Assembly: GCA_043228905.1 (NCBI GenBank)
Contig: JBHGNT010000006.1
Span: 19,592,001 to 19,656,000, forward strand
Direction: 5' to 3'
Origin: Azolla caroliniana
Lineage: Eukaryota > Plantae > Polypodiophyta
Length of the DNA stretch: 64,000 nt
Shown here: positions 39,301 through 51,387 of the stretch, in pieces
How the letters are laid out: the number at the start of each line of letters is the position of its first letter
Numbering within the stretch: the first letter of the stretch is position 1
Notes under the pieces: generated by a model
What the model saw: only the letters and a program-made list of their open reading frames with translations
What the model was told of the DNA's origin: nothing
The model's database searches: none
Position numbers and translations under genes: made by a program

Positions 39301-41677
39301 CAAGAGGATTTAGAAACTGGGCTTCTATGGTGTAGTTATTGTAGGAATGACCCACATTGTAAGTCCTTATTTGGAAAAACAGGTGCAAAAAATTTTAAGA
39401 CTTCTGCATTAGAAGAACATGCAAGAAGTGTGGCCCATCGAGATGCCATTTTGTTACAAGAACGAGACAAGAATGGTCTTGAAAAATGTGCATCAAAGAA
39501 AAAAGCTAGTGTGGATTTAGCAGTTGAAAAATTGTTAAAATGTGCATATTTTATAGCTAAAGAGGATTTGGCATTTAGAAAATTGGAAAACCTCTTACGT
39601 TTATTAAGAGAGTGTGGTGTGGAAGGCCTTCCACGAATGTACAATGATAATAAGGCTTGTGCAAGCTTTATCTTGCACATTAGCAAGGCTCTTGAAGCCG
39701 AGATATATGAAAAGTTGAGGACAAGTCCTTGGTTTGGGCTTATGGTAGATGAAGCTACCGATGTAAGTGTGACCAAGAACTTGATCCTTTACGCTACATT
39801 TGTGGAAGGAAGGCAAGTACGAACCTCTTATTTAGGGGTACTTGAAGTAGAGGATGGTACAGCAAAAACAATAACAGAAAACATTTTAGCGTTGTTAAAA
39901 AAGTGGAACTTAGATGTTAGAAAAATGATGGGATTTGGAAGTGATGGAGCATCTGTTATGGTAGGTATGTCTACAGGTGTTGCTACAAGATTGAAGTCAT
40001 ATAATCCATTTATGACTTCATTACATTGTTGTGCACATCGAACAAACTTGTGTGTGCAAGAGGCTTCAAAGAACGTCGAAGTCAAAGAAACATGCAAGCA
40101 GTTAGATGCCCTTGTGAATCGGGTGGCTGCACATTTCTCGAGGAGCTCAATGCGCCAAGGTGAATTAAGTAAGATGCAAGATGCATTAGAATACACACAT
40201 TTGCATATTCTTGGGATTGTGAAGACACGATGGCTTAGTCGGCATGGTGCTATCATGAGGGTATGTGATGTGTATGAACCCTTGATGAAGACTTTGCAAT
40301 CGCAAAGTGATGCATACAATGTATTCTTGAGTTTAAGAAACTTTAAAGTAGTGTATATGCTTCACTTCCTTGCATATGTACTTAAGATCATGTCTACATT
40401 AAGTATGGAATTCCAAAAGGAATATGTGGATGTGACATGCATTGGAGGTTTGGCTATGATAGCCATTGGGGAGATAGAAGAACAATTTTTACATCATGTT
40501 ATGATGGATCTGAATGGTTTTGAGAAGGATAACGATAATTATCCAATTATTCCAGAATATGGTAGAGAAAAAGGAATGCTTTCAGTTTTACGAGATGCCA
40601 CAAAAGGTAATATGTATAAAAGCATCCTCATCGATAGAAGTGTTGATGGTGAGGACTTAATTGAAGCCATACAATTCCAAACTTTGTTTTCTAAGGCATT
40701 GATAGAGACAATAAAAAAGAGGCTTCAAGATCCGATGACTCTTTCCGCATTGAAAATGTTATCACCAATGAACATGTCTACCGGATCTACAAGCATTTTA
40801 GCACGAAAAACTATGGGTCTTAATGAGTTGAAAACACTTGGAAATTTTTATGGCATTCAAAAAATGATAGATGGGAAAGCGTTTTCTCCCATAATTGATA
40901 ATGATAAATTGTATGATGAATATGCAATTTTCAAAAGGCAAGCTACCACGGAATGGCTTGGAAGAGATTTCTTAGATGTTTGGGGTATGATAAATTGTAA
41001 TGATGTGTGGAAAGAAAAGCTACCCGAGCTTCTAAAGCTTTCATTGATAGGGTTAATTCAGTGTTCTTCTACGGCAGCATGTGAGAGAGGCTTTAGTCGC
41101 CTAAATCTAATAAAAAATAAGTTTAGAAATAGGCTAAAAACCAATGCGGTTGATGCATTGATACGAATATCTATTGAAGGACCTGAATTAGAAGAACATG
41201 ACTTCAATGCCAGCATTTTGTTGTGGCGAGAAAGCAAGGCATATCGTCATATTTTTACAGGTACTTCTCATGAGCATGATGATGACATCGAGGACTTCAT
41301 AGAAGATATAGATTGAAATTTTGTAAATGTGATCTATTTTGTTTTGGAACTTTATATATATTAGCTCTAATTTGATCTAATATGTTGTTAATGCTAGTTT
41401 ACAAAGTTTCGAAAAGTGAATTTTGTTTACAAAGTTAGTACATTTTTTGATAAATATATATATTTAGTTTTTGGGCTCCAATTTTTTGTGATTGATTCGA
41501 TGTGGTATTGCACTAGAATTTTATTTATTTATTTGGTATGCGTTAAAAAAAATTTCAACATTTTCGGTTGACATTGTCGCTAATAGGAACGTGGCCGGCT
41601 GAGATTTTAACATTCCGGTTAGGTTCATAAGAAGCAGGAAAATTTCCGGTAGGGCCTAGAGACTTTGCCCAACACTG
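36377..41677 (+). mobile_element. Autonomous-type hAT DNA transposon (Tip100/ZNF862-like)
   Basis: Perfect 17-bp TIRs CAGTGTTGGGCAAAGTC; perfect 8-bp TSD GTTGTGAT; CCGG-rich subterminal motifs; intact transposase ORF. Confidence 0.96.
39082..41316 (+). CDS. hAT transposase, 744 aa from the ATG after the splice acceptor
   Basis: WCSYC...H...H zinc finger; MVDEATD; GFGSDGASVM; HCCAHRTNL; TRWLSR; SSTAACERGFSRLNLIKNKFRNRL dimerisation motif; no stops. Confidence 0.93.
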   Translation: MSHNKNSKGKGKQMSLHTMPCFRKNMSSSNGDVSLEEPIKDQQYSQESINEINRVSKAKLRFQEDWPTKFKWLQEDLETGLLWCSYCRNDPHCKSLFGKTGAKNFKTSALEEHARSVAHRDAILLQERDKNGLEKCASKKKASVDLAVEKLLKCAYFIAKEDLAFRKLENLLRLLRECGVEGLPRMYNDNKACASFILHISKALEAEIYEKLRTSPWFGLMVDEATDVSVTKNLILYATFVEGRQVRTSYLGVLEVEDGTAKTITENILALLKKWNLDVRKMMGFGSDGASVMVGMSTGVATRLKSYNPFMTSLHCCAHRTNLCVQEASKNVEVKETCKQLDALVNRVAAHFSRSSMRQGELSKMQDALEYTHLHILGIVKTRWLSRHGAIMRVCDVYEPLMKTLQSQSDAYNVFLSLRNFKVVYMLHFLAYVLKIMSTLSMEFQKEYVDVTCIGGLAMIAIGEIEEQFLHHVMMDLNGFEKDNDNYPIIPEYGREKGMLSVLRDATKGNMYKSILIDRSVDGEDLIEAIQFQTLFSKALIETIKKRLQDPMTLSALKMLSPMNMSTGSTSILARKTMGLNELKTLGNFYGIQKMIDGKAFSPIIDNDKLYDEYAIFKRQATTEWLGRDFLDVWGMINCNDVWKEKLPELLKLSLIGLIQCSSTAACERGFSRLNLIKNKFRNRLKTNAVDALIRISIEGPELEEHDFNASILLWRESKAYRHIFTGTSHEHDDDIEDFIEDID

Positions 41678-42165
41678 GTTGTGATCAATTAGGGATTAGG
41701 TAGTGATTAATTAGTAATTAACTAATTATTCCCCCCCAAATCTAACTACTCCTGCCTCCCTTCATTCAATGCGACACAGAGACAGAGACAGAGACAGAGA
41801 CAGAGATCACGCGCCGCCATGGATGAATGGAGTCCATTCGCCTCACGCAAAGAAGAGGCAGAGGCCCAGATGATGATGAAAGCCCCATCCATGACAGCAG
41901 CTGCAGAAGAAGCACGAAAAGGAAGGAAGGGAAGCAGAAGAAGCAAACGGGAAGAAGAGAGCCAGCAGTTGCGCAGAAGAGGAAGAAGAAAGGCGTGAGA
42001 AGAGAGAGAAGGAAGAAGAAGGAAGAAGGAAGAAGGAAGAAGGAAGAAGGAAGAAGACAAAGAAAGACGTGGACGACGGGAAGTAAAGAAAGCAAAAGGG
42101 TAGAGAATAAGGAAGTAGAAGAAAGAAAGGAAAGCAGGAAAACGGGTGGTTTCATCTCCATCGCT

Positions 42166-45038
42166 ATGCAGCGTTATCTTCAATGTATCATTGTTGCCTG
42201 CTTCTTGACCATCTCTGTATCTCCATGTCTCCCATTTGAACTCGATATTCCTTCCACAGGTATTTTGGTTCATTTTATTTCTCTCCAAATCTCCGCCGTC
42301 TCTATTTAACCCAGGATTTTCTATCAGCAAGAAGTATATTTCTTGCTTATTCTTTCTTTCAGCATTTGTGTTTTGAACCTAAGCTCTTAGCTTTGATCTT
42401 GAAGCTGCTAGTTCATTATTTTATTTCTGTATTTTTGGTGTGACCTTTGATTTGAATATGAAGAAGTTTGTTGATCATTTCTTTCATTCTTTTCAAATCT
42501 GAGCTTTGCTCTGAACGAAAAGTTTCTAGTTATTCTGAAATTCATGGACCTAAGCTTTGTAGTTATTTTATAGTTGTCTTTCATTGTTATATTTTTTGTC
42601 TAGTCAGTCTTTTTTAACAAGACCTTGCTTTATGAATCATTACTTTTTTTCCAGTCAATTTTTCTTAACCTAACAAGACGCTGTCTAACGATTTGAGCTT
42701 CCCATGTTTGATTTTTCACTTAAATATATATTTTGATCAAGAAGTTGCTTAGTGATTCATTCTTTGAATATTTGTATATTTAAACCTAAGCAGTTTTTGA
42801 GGTTCCTTCAATTTTGTTTATTAATATATGTATATTTATGAAGACATACATATACATTTTACATGTCTTTTACAGGATTTGTATGTGAAATTGCTAAGTG
42901 CTTACGAGGCACTTGCATGAATACTTCGTCATTTCCTTTCTATCAATGTGATTGCGATGATGGCTGGAAATCCCCTTTTGGATCCTCTTGGTTACCATGT
43001 ATTATGCCCAATTGTGAGTATTTTTTTATCAGCTTTATAATCATAATCTGTTATATTCTAGAAAATCATCATTTGCTCATAATATGGTTCTCCATCTGCT
43101 CATAATCTCTGGATGATGAAATATTTTTAACATGATTTGGATGACAAATCGCTTGTTTATGAATGGATGGTGAAAAACGACTTCATGAATCGATGAGTGT
43201 TTTTTTCTGTAAAATCGCCTGTTTTAATTGTAACCTTCACATAATCAATGTAAATATATATTGATCAGTATTTATGTATGAATGCATTATTCATTTGTAC
43301 TTCTTGCTTATACTAACATTTTAAACTGTATTTGATCTATATATGTGCATATAAATTGCTTACCTATTCATAATCTGGTTCATTACAACTTGCACATAAA
43401 GTATCCACTTACATTCAAACAGGTGCATGACCATTAAAGATGCATATGAGAAGCTATCCTTGTATCCTAGCATCTACTTAAATGTATATCGGCACTCTAA
43501 ATTGCTCATAAAATATTATCCACAACTCTAATGTGCATATAAAACAACTATTCTGATCATCTAACATTATGCATACCTGTAACATTGACATATACGCCCA
43601 TAACATCTTATCCATCTGTGTATATGCATGAAGATCACCATCTTTTCATAATGTGGTCCATTCTAACATGCTGATAAACATCTATCCACATTCTCGCATG
43701 CACACAAAACATCAATACACATCCAATCATGCACATGAAGATCTATCTGCATTTGAGAGACGGAGAGAGAGAGATAGAGAGATTGGGTGCACTACTTATC
43801 CAGGTACCTTTGACTTTACGTGTGCAAATTCGAGCAACAACTCACATCATGCCCCACCCCCTCTAGTTTTCCCTCCTTTTGGTGGGGCCTTTGATAGTAA
43901 GTCTACCTCTGTATATCTTTTCCTTTTTGCACTTCTTAGCATTCGTGATATAAGGACGATCTACCATGAAGCAAAAGCTTGATAGAAAGGCAAACCTAAT
44001 GACACGCTTATATTTGCTTGCTATAACTGCAAACCCAACATGAATCATATGTTTCATAGGAGGGCAAGCCTAATATGAGGCATATGTGATATATGAGCGA
44101 GCCTAGTGTGAAGCATAAGTTTGATATACGGGGGGTGGGGGGGGGGGCAAACCTAATGTGAAGCATATGTTTAATATAAGGGTAAATATAATGTGAAGCA
44201 TGCACATGTTTTGCCTAATGTTTTTATTCACGATTGGAGCATTTTTGCAGTTTGTTCTCTGGCTGTTTGTGGGAATGGAGAATGCATTCATGGGACTTCT
44301 GGAAATGGCTCCACACAGGGTGACCATTATGTGTGCAAGTGTGATGATGGCTTCTTCAATTTCAGGAATAAATCAGATGGATATTGTATCCACAAATGTA
44401 AAAAATGCTATATTCTCATTCATCAGAGATAGTAATAAATGAATTAGAGAATTTGACTAATGAATGCCATTGATATTCACTATTCAGGTTCTTTTGGTGC
44501 TGATTGTGCAAATCTAAGTCTACCTCTTGGTGGAGCATCACCACCGCCTACTAATACACAATCATCAAACCAGGAATCAAACCAAGGTACAAGTTCGTCC
44601 TCCCGAATTCGGAATGAAACAAGTAAGATATACCTTTCATAAGTAGTAATTTGCAACTGGATCTTCAACTTTAGCTATAAGTGTATACAATACTTATAAA
44701 GTGTATCCTGGTAGTATACATGGATTGAAAGAAATATGGCAAGAATAACATATGTAATTGCTTAATATAAAACAGAAAGAGTTATGATGCACCCAACTTT
44801 GTGTTGAGTAGCTTTTGTTCTTGTTTAAAGCATATTCTTTTTTATGGTTCCATTCTACAAGTCTATAAATACGGTACAAAACCACGTAAAAACCAAAAAG
44901 AGTAATCAATTAGCTGTTGTAAGATACATTATTGAATATAATTATTGATATTTTGCTTTCACAGATCAGGGTAACAAATATTTGCCGAATGGGCTTGTGA
45001 TTATGGCAACAATGGCATTGGTTTATTTATATGTTTGA
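42166..45038 (+). CDS. Host gene: secreted EGF-like domain protein, probably GPI-anchored (plant 'neurogenic locus notch-like'/At4g14746-type family), 6 exons, ~226 aa
   Basis: Exons 42166-42259, 42876-43013, 43804-43896, 44251-44397, 44488-44622 (alternative donor 44586), 44965-45038; all GT-AG, phase 1, joined frame open; signal peptide MQRYLQCIIVACFLTISVSPC; two EGF-like Cys repeats; hydrophobic C-terminus LVIMATMALVYLYV. Confidence 0.88.
43988..44202. repeat. Degenerate ~35-bp tandem repeat in intron 3
   Basis: About six variants of gcaaacctaatgtgaagcatatgttt. Confidence 0.65.
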
Positions 45039-46508
45039 CATGATACTCCAATCTCTTCTCTATGGAGAGGTGTATAAGACATTTCCAATTGTGTATAAAG
45101 CAAATTTTTGACGGGAATTCGGCATCCTATTACTTAGAGAATTCTCCATCTCTTTAGATCTCAATTTCTTCTAAAGAAAAACATAGCATTTACATGTATG
45201 ATGTGATACTTGTCCTTGATTGATTTTTGTATGGGCCAGAAATTTAATACAAATATTTGGTTGATTCGTTGAGTACAATACCTGGTCTCATATTATTAAT
45301 TAGGGACACTTTCCTTGTTTTCTAAAATCTCCTCTTATTATCTAAATGGTAATTTATTGAGTTTATTGAAATTTTCATTGAGATACATTGTGTTGATTAA
45401 AAACACAAATACATAGACCCTGAGTCTTGATGGTTTACATTTTGCATGTGCTCTCTCTCATAATTTTGTATCAATGCAAGCTTGAGAAAAATGTATAGAA
45501 GTGTGTAGGTGAAAATTTTGGTTCTTCCATTAATTTATGGATATGGTATGGTGTTGCCTTAACATTGGCTTGAGCTTGACATATTTCTTAACAGCTAATT
45601 TCATTATTCTCTCTTTTATCATTTTCAATTAAGCAAAAGTTGTACCCACGAGTTATTACATAAATTCTGAAGGCATATTGTTAGACCATACAATGATAGC
45701 AAACGAAATATCTTCATTTTGTTATTGGTGTGTCATAAAGTGCCAGAGTTTCAAGGACTAATAATGTACCTTTCAAGTTATTTATATCATTTTAAAATGT
45801 GTTGCATATCATGTAAGTTTGTTAGGGGTTTAGTACAAGTAACATATGTTTCAAGTCATTTTATATATGTGCACAAGTTACAAAGCATTTTAGGAGGGGT
45901 GATGCATGCCACAAGTCATTATAATGAGCTTTCAGTGAAGAAACACTTCCCTTTCTCTAAGAGTTCTCTATCAGGAGCTACGTAGTGTATCAATAGAGGA
46001 GACACTTTGTTATCTTACCAATGATATATGATAATACCTTTAAAACTTCTTTGAGAAAGAAAAAATCAATAAACAATAATAACATGAAAAGTAATCTCTT
46101 CAACACTACATGTTTGTTGTTTAAGCTGCCGCAAGACTGCTATTTATAAATGTTTAACGTAAAGACGAAACCTATTCTTCAATTAAAAACAACAAAATGA
46201 ATACAGCCTCTCATAATTATGACTTTTTGCTACTCACCATTATCATGACAACTTTACCAAGTCCTAAAAGCCATTATGCATGCTTTCATGTACTTTCTTC
46301 ATTCAATATAAGGAACATTTTTTCCAGCACCTCAAATACATAATTGCACTAAAGGAAAATTTGCAAGACATTATTTGGTCATCTTATGACAACCTACAGA
46401 AGAAGCATGCACAATAGATTATTCAATAACATTTAAATACTCTACTCTACTATGGCCTTATTTGATTAGGCCATGTGAGTTATCAAAAAATGGTTCACAT
46501 GGCTTGAC

Positions 46509-46753
46509 AACATATAGCTATCAAATTTACATGGTCTTGAAAATCCAAACTATGAATTCCTACTAATTCTAACATATAGTTGTCAAATTTACATGGTCTT
46601 GAAAATCCAAACTATGAATTCCTACTAATTCTAACATATAGCTGTCAAATTTACATGGTCTTGAAAATCCAAACTATGAATTCCTACTAATTCTAACATA
46701 TAGCTGTCAAATTTACATGGTCTTGAAAATCCAAACTATGAATTCCTACTAAT
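46509..46753. repeat. 62-bp tandem repeat x4
   Basis: Units start at 46509, 46571, 46633 and 46695 (aacatatagctgtcaaatttacatggtcttgaaaatcc...), nearly identical. Confidence 0.95.
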
Positions 46754-49163
46754 AGTTGTTTAGAGATTTACAAGCTTATCTTAATTATTAAACTTTACTC
46801 ATATAAATGTGATGTTGTAAAGCTTGTGGTTTGCAACCTTGGGGGGTAACACTTCAAGTATCATGTAGTTGTTTCACTTAAGCTTCAATATAAGAAGTTT
46901 GTAGTTTGAGTTTGCGATCTCATTCACAAAGACTTTGCCCCTAAAATGGAACTTTGCAAATAATTGTCCTTAGACTCACAAGTTGAAAACCAAACTATTG
47001 CATGAAAGGAAATGTTTAACAAACACATGTGTGATAATTCATTGTTTTCATACTTCTTTGGAAAAGCTTAGCCAATTTTTAGGCTTTTAAATATCATTGC
47101 AATGGTGTTGCGCATGCTAGGAACATTTAGCCAATTGTTAGGCCCTTACAGTATCACCACAAATTATGATGATGCTCATGTAGGTATATGAGGTGGCTCA
47201 ACATGTCACATAACACCATTTCATATGTTGTAGTCAGATATGCTCAAAGTCTGTTGACACTTGAGATGTCATGTGAAGCCATTTCATATCCACATTAACT
47301 CAAGGAAAATAGAAATATTAAAAGATGTAAGAGAAGTCTAAGATTTCCCATATAATACTCTCTTTTCTAAAATACAATATTGTTAAAAATTGTCAATATA
47401 ATTTGAAACATGAAATACACTAACATAGAATAATGTCAAATGGAAAATTTTGAACCATTTGCTACTTGCGACACTGGACATAATAATGTGGATTATTTTG
47501 CTACATGATGATCAATTATTATCATGCAACAAAGTTTTACCTACTTTCCCATATTATGGAGATTTAAAGAAATCATTTGAACTTCTTCTAAGATGACAGT
47601 TGTTGAGCGAGCAAGCTCAATGTGATCCGGATCGGCTGAATAAGCCAAGAGCCGGATCGGTGTCCGGTAAGGTGGGCTGGATCGGAGAGCCGGACCCATG
47701 TGCGAACTGGTAGGCCGTTGGAGGCCTATGCTCCTAGTTACTAGGTAGTTATGGTTATGGGAGTTAGTGTCAATCGCTCAATACGAGCATTGAAGTTCAT
47801 GTCAGTACTTTTGTCAGTCCTTTTAAGGACTTGTATAAAAGTGCTCATTGAGCACATTGTATGTACATAATGTTCATTCTTTTTTAATAGAGTTTTTTTA
47901 CTATTCAACTCTCTTTGTCTCTCCTCCCTACTCTTTGTATGTGATTCAAGCTTTCCATTAAACCTTAGTTCTATCTTTTGTTGCTGTTCGACTGAGCTCG
48001 TTGTGTCTATGAGCTTCCACACGTAACTCGTTACATGGTATCAAAGAGCGAGGGTTGACAATCCTCTATTGCCGACAGAAAAACTGTAAACAGACCAAAA
48101 CTTAGCCTCTAGTAAAGAACAAAACGGAAGAAGGAAAGCATGGACAGAAACATGGCAAGCTCGCTTCCGATAGAGAAGCTCAACAGAAACAACTATGTGT
48201 CTTGGTCTTATAAGATGCACTAGTACCTGCTAGATCACGATAACTGGAGTTATGTCGAAGGAGTGAAAGAAGTAGCGTCGGATTCGGCACACAAGGACTT
48301 CCCGGCTTGAGAACAAGGAGAGACCAAAGTGCTGTACTGCCTTGCGTCTGTGTGCACGACCAAATGATGGGCTACATCAGAGACGTGAAAACACCGAAGG
48401 AAACCTGGGAAAATATCAGAAAGATTTTCGCCACAAGTACCATGGCACAGAAGTTGCAGCTCCGGCAAGAACTCAACAATGTCCGTTAAAGGGACATGTT
48501 GGTCACCGACTACACCACGAAGATAAAAGAGATCTGCGATGCACTAGGGTCCATCAGTGTGACGGTGGATGAAGATGAGATGGTGCAGATCTGCCTCGAA
48601 GGTCTAGCGTAGAGGTACAAACCAATCTGGACGACGATATGCACCCGGGAGAAGCCGTCGTCCTTCTTTGACTTGCAATCGATGTTGATGGTCGAAGAAA
48701 ACCACGCGAGTGGGTCGAGGACCACTCAATTGGACAGTCGGATGTTGTGCACGAAGGCGGATCGGCCCCATGGGCGTGGTGCACGAGGTGGATCAGCACG
48801 CAACAGTGGCGACCGGCAAGAGCAGGAAAGAAGGCATATGGGTGGTGCTGACAATAGTTCCGGACCCTCCACAAGTAGGGGGAGTCAAGGCGGCGCTGGA
48901 AATTGGCAAGGAAATGCCGAAACGGAATGCTGGTATTGTGGAAAAAAAGGCCATCGGGAAAGTGAGTGCTAGAAGAAGCATGTCGATTTGGACAAATCCG
49001 GATCTGGTAAGACCGGACAAGGGAGTTGGCAAAGCTCGCACTACGCCGAAGGATCAGAAGGATCCAGAATCGAAAAGACCGGAAAAGGGCTAGCCTTTGT
49101 GATGAAGCATGATGGGAACTCGATTAAGAAGACCACCTTACAATCGGATGAGGTGTGGTACGT

Positions 49164-49841
49164 TGTCGCGTTATTACGCACATGCGTGGAGAACAAGGCG
49201 GGACCATTGGGTCTTGGACCGAGGAATAGGTGAGAAAAGGGAAAGAGAGAGACACACTCACACACGGATAGACAAAGAAGCGCGCTGGAGCACAGCCCAA
49301 CAACACAAGAGACACCAGTTGGGCAGGAGATAGAGTATAAGAATGCGTATATAAATATATGTATGCAGATGACTCGAACGGTTATAGTCGATCAGGTTGA
49401 CGAGACGGGTGCCGACGCCTGATCACCCACGCACACAGGGGAGCAAGATGGAGATTCTGCCGGAAGCACACGGGCGTTCCACGGAGCAGAATCAGCCTCT
49501 CGAGAACTTGCGCAAAGAAAGCTATAGAGAACGACAGAGGAGAAGAGCTCGGTCCCAGTCCGACAGCACTTCGTCCCCTCTAGCGCGCGATCCCTTCTCT
49601 CCCCCGTCTCCCTCTCTTTTATAGCTCAAGGAGGGAGACCGTTTTCACCCGTTTACATCACATTAATTCTCTGTCCTTTCGGACAGAGATACTCCTCGAT
49701 TCTCCCTATAGAATATTGCTACCTAGGATTTGACTTTTGTGCCTACCTATCTACTATACAACAAGGGGCGTGCCCACCTGTAAGGGCCGGTTCACACACG
49801 CTATACATGGTTTGCGCCTGGGGACGGTTTTCTTCACGACA
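49164..49841 (-). repeat. Solo LTR family Z, copy 1
   Basis: tgtcgcg...cacgaca; 4-bp TSD ACGT splits the host protease motif WYV|DSG; TATA-like ctataaaag on minus strand. Confidence 0.9.
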
Positions 49842-50167
49842 ACGTTGACTCCGGAGTGTCAAATCACATGATGAGCCATGAAGAATGGTTCTCATACTTA
49901 GACAAATCAGAGCAATTGGGAAGTTGGTTGAAACCGGAGACGATACTCCACACTCGGAGAAGTTCCCCTCAGCCATGTCGGACAAAAAAGGAAACTTATG
50001 AACGTGTTGCACGTTCCGACAATCACAAAGAACCTAGTGTTGGTCGGGTAGATCGTTGACTAGGGTTGCAAGTTCGATTCACACATCTTGGGTGTTTCAT
50101 CGAGGAAGAGGGCCAAATCATCGCGCAAGGGCACCTGGACCGGAAGATTTTCATCCTCGACACCAAC

Positions 50168-50844
50168 TGTACGAGATGTACGGAGAGTCAAGTGTGATGA
50201 GCGAGGGTGGAATGTTATAATGTTGTTGATGTGTATGCGAAAATGTGCACAAATGTAATTGTGAGTGTGAGTCAATACATATGTGAACACATGTGTGCAT
50301 GTGGACATACATGAAGAGGTGTGAGTGAGTAATTAATGTGAATGGACAAGGGGGCTTGCACCCTTGTGTGTCTACCCTTTTGTAACTATTTAACCTTGAA
50401 AAGAATGGCGTGCGGAAGCAATATAGGAAACTGAACAACAGAAAACGTAGGTTTAATGGAAAGCTTAGGTTTGCATAGTACGCACGGGAGAGACAGAGAG
50501 AGAACACACAAGAAGAATCAATTCAAAAAACTAACACTCTGTACATACATCGTGCTCAGTGAGCACCTTTTATACAAGCCCTGACAATGGGCTGACACAA
50601 GTACTGACAGTACTTGACTGCTCATAAATGAGCCTTGACCCTTACTCCCAAAACTATTCCTTACGAGGAATATCTCTCTAATGGCCTTTCGGTTTACGCA
50701 CCGATATGGCCTTCCTACGCACCGGTCTGTGTACTGGTTTCCAACCGATCCGATCCGGTCCTCGGCTTGCTCAGCCGATCCGGCCGATGTTGAGCATGTC
50801 TCTCAACAAACCCCTTATGGGGAATGAATGAACAAATTCTCTCT

Positions 50845-50886
<42 letters not shown>

Positions 50887-51082
50887 TTGACACATTTTTT
50901 CTCTCTCTTCCTTCTCTCTCACGTTGAACCCCCTTGGGAGGGGCACCACCCCTCACCCCACAATGATTCTCAACATCATCCTAATCAACCCTGCAAGGCT
51001 TCCATGTTATCACCCCGCTAATCATCATACACATAATTACCATTCATCATTATCATCAACCCTAACCCTAAAACCTACAATA
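50168..51082 (-). repeat. Solo LTR-like repeat family X, copy 2, containing solo LTR 50397-50808
   Basis: Homologous to 1558-2056; inserted in host FILDTN|VGTALF; no direct TSD visible. Confidence 0.75.
50397..50808 (-). repeat. Solo LTR family Y, copy 2
   Basis: Reverse begins tgttgagagacatgctcaac; TSD AACCT/AACCC; shares gtgctcactgagcac and cctcgtaaggaata blocks with 34134-34542. Confidence 0.85.
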
Positions 51083-51387
51083 GTTGGCACCGCTTTGTTC
51101 GCGAAAGGACAGAAAGTTGAATAAGATATCGACTTATGGAACAAGTGGATTAGTCACGTCAACTACCAAAGGCTTCAGGATTTGCAATCGAAACAAGTGG
51201 TATTCGGATTGCCAAAATTTAGTGGCCAGAAGGCCCAACTTTGTGAAGCCTGCCAGGTTGGGAAGCAACATCGACTTCCATTCCCCAACAAGCGAAAACG
51301 GAGTCGAAACAAGCTCAACTTGATACATTCGGATGTATGGGAACCAGCACAGAACGTGAACTTAGGCGGGATTCGATTCTTCATCTT

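Noticed and set aside
39046-41316. Domesticated ZNF862-like host gene
   Set aside because: Flanked by perfect TIRs and an 8-bp TSD, so it is a transposon-borne transposase.
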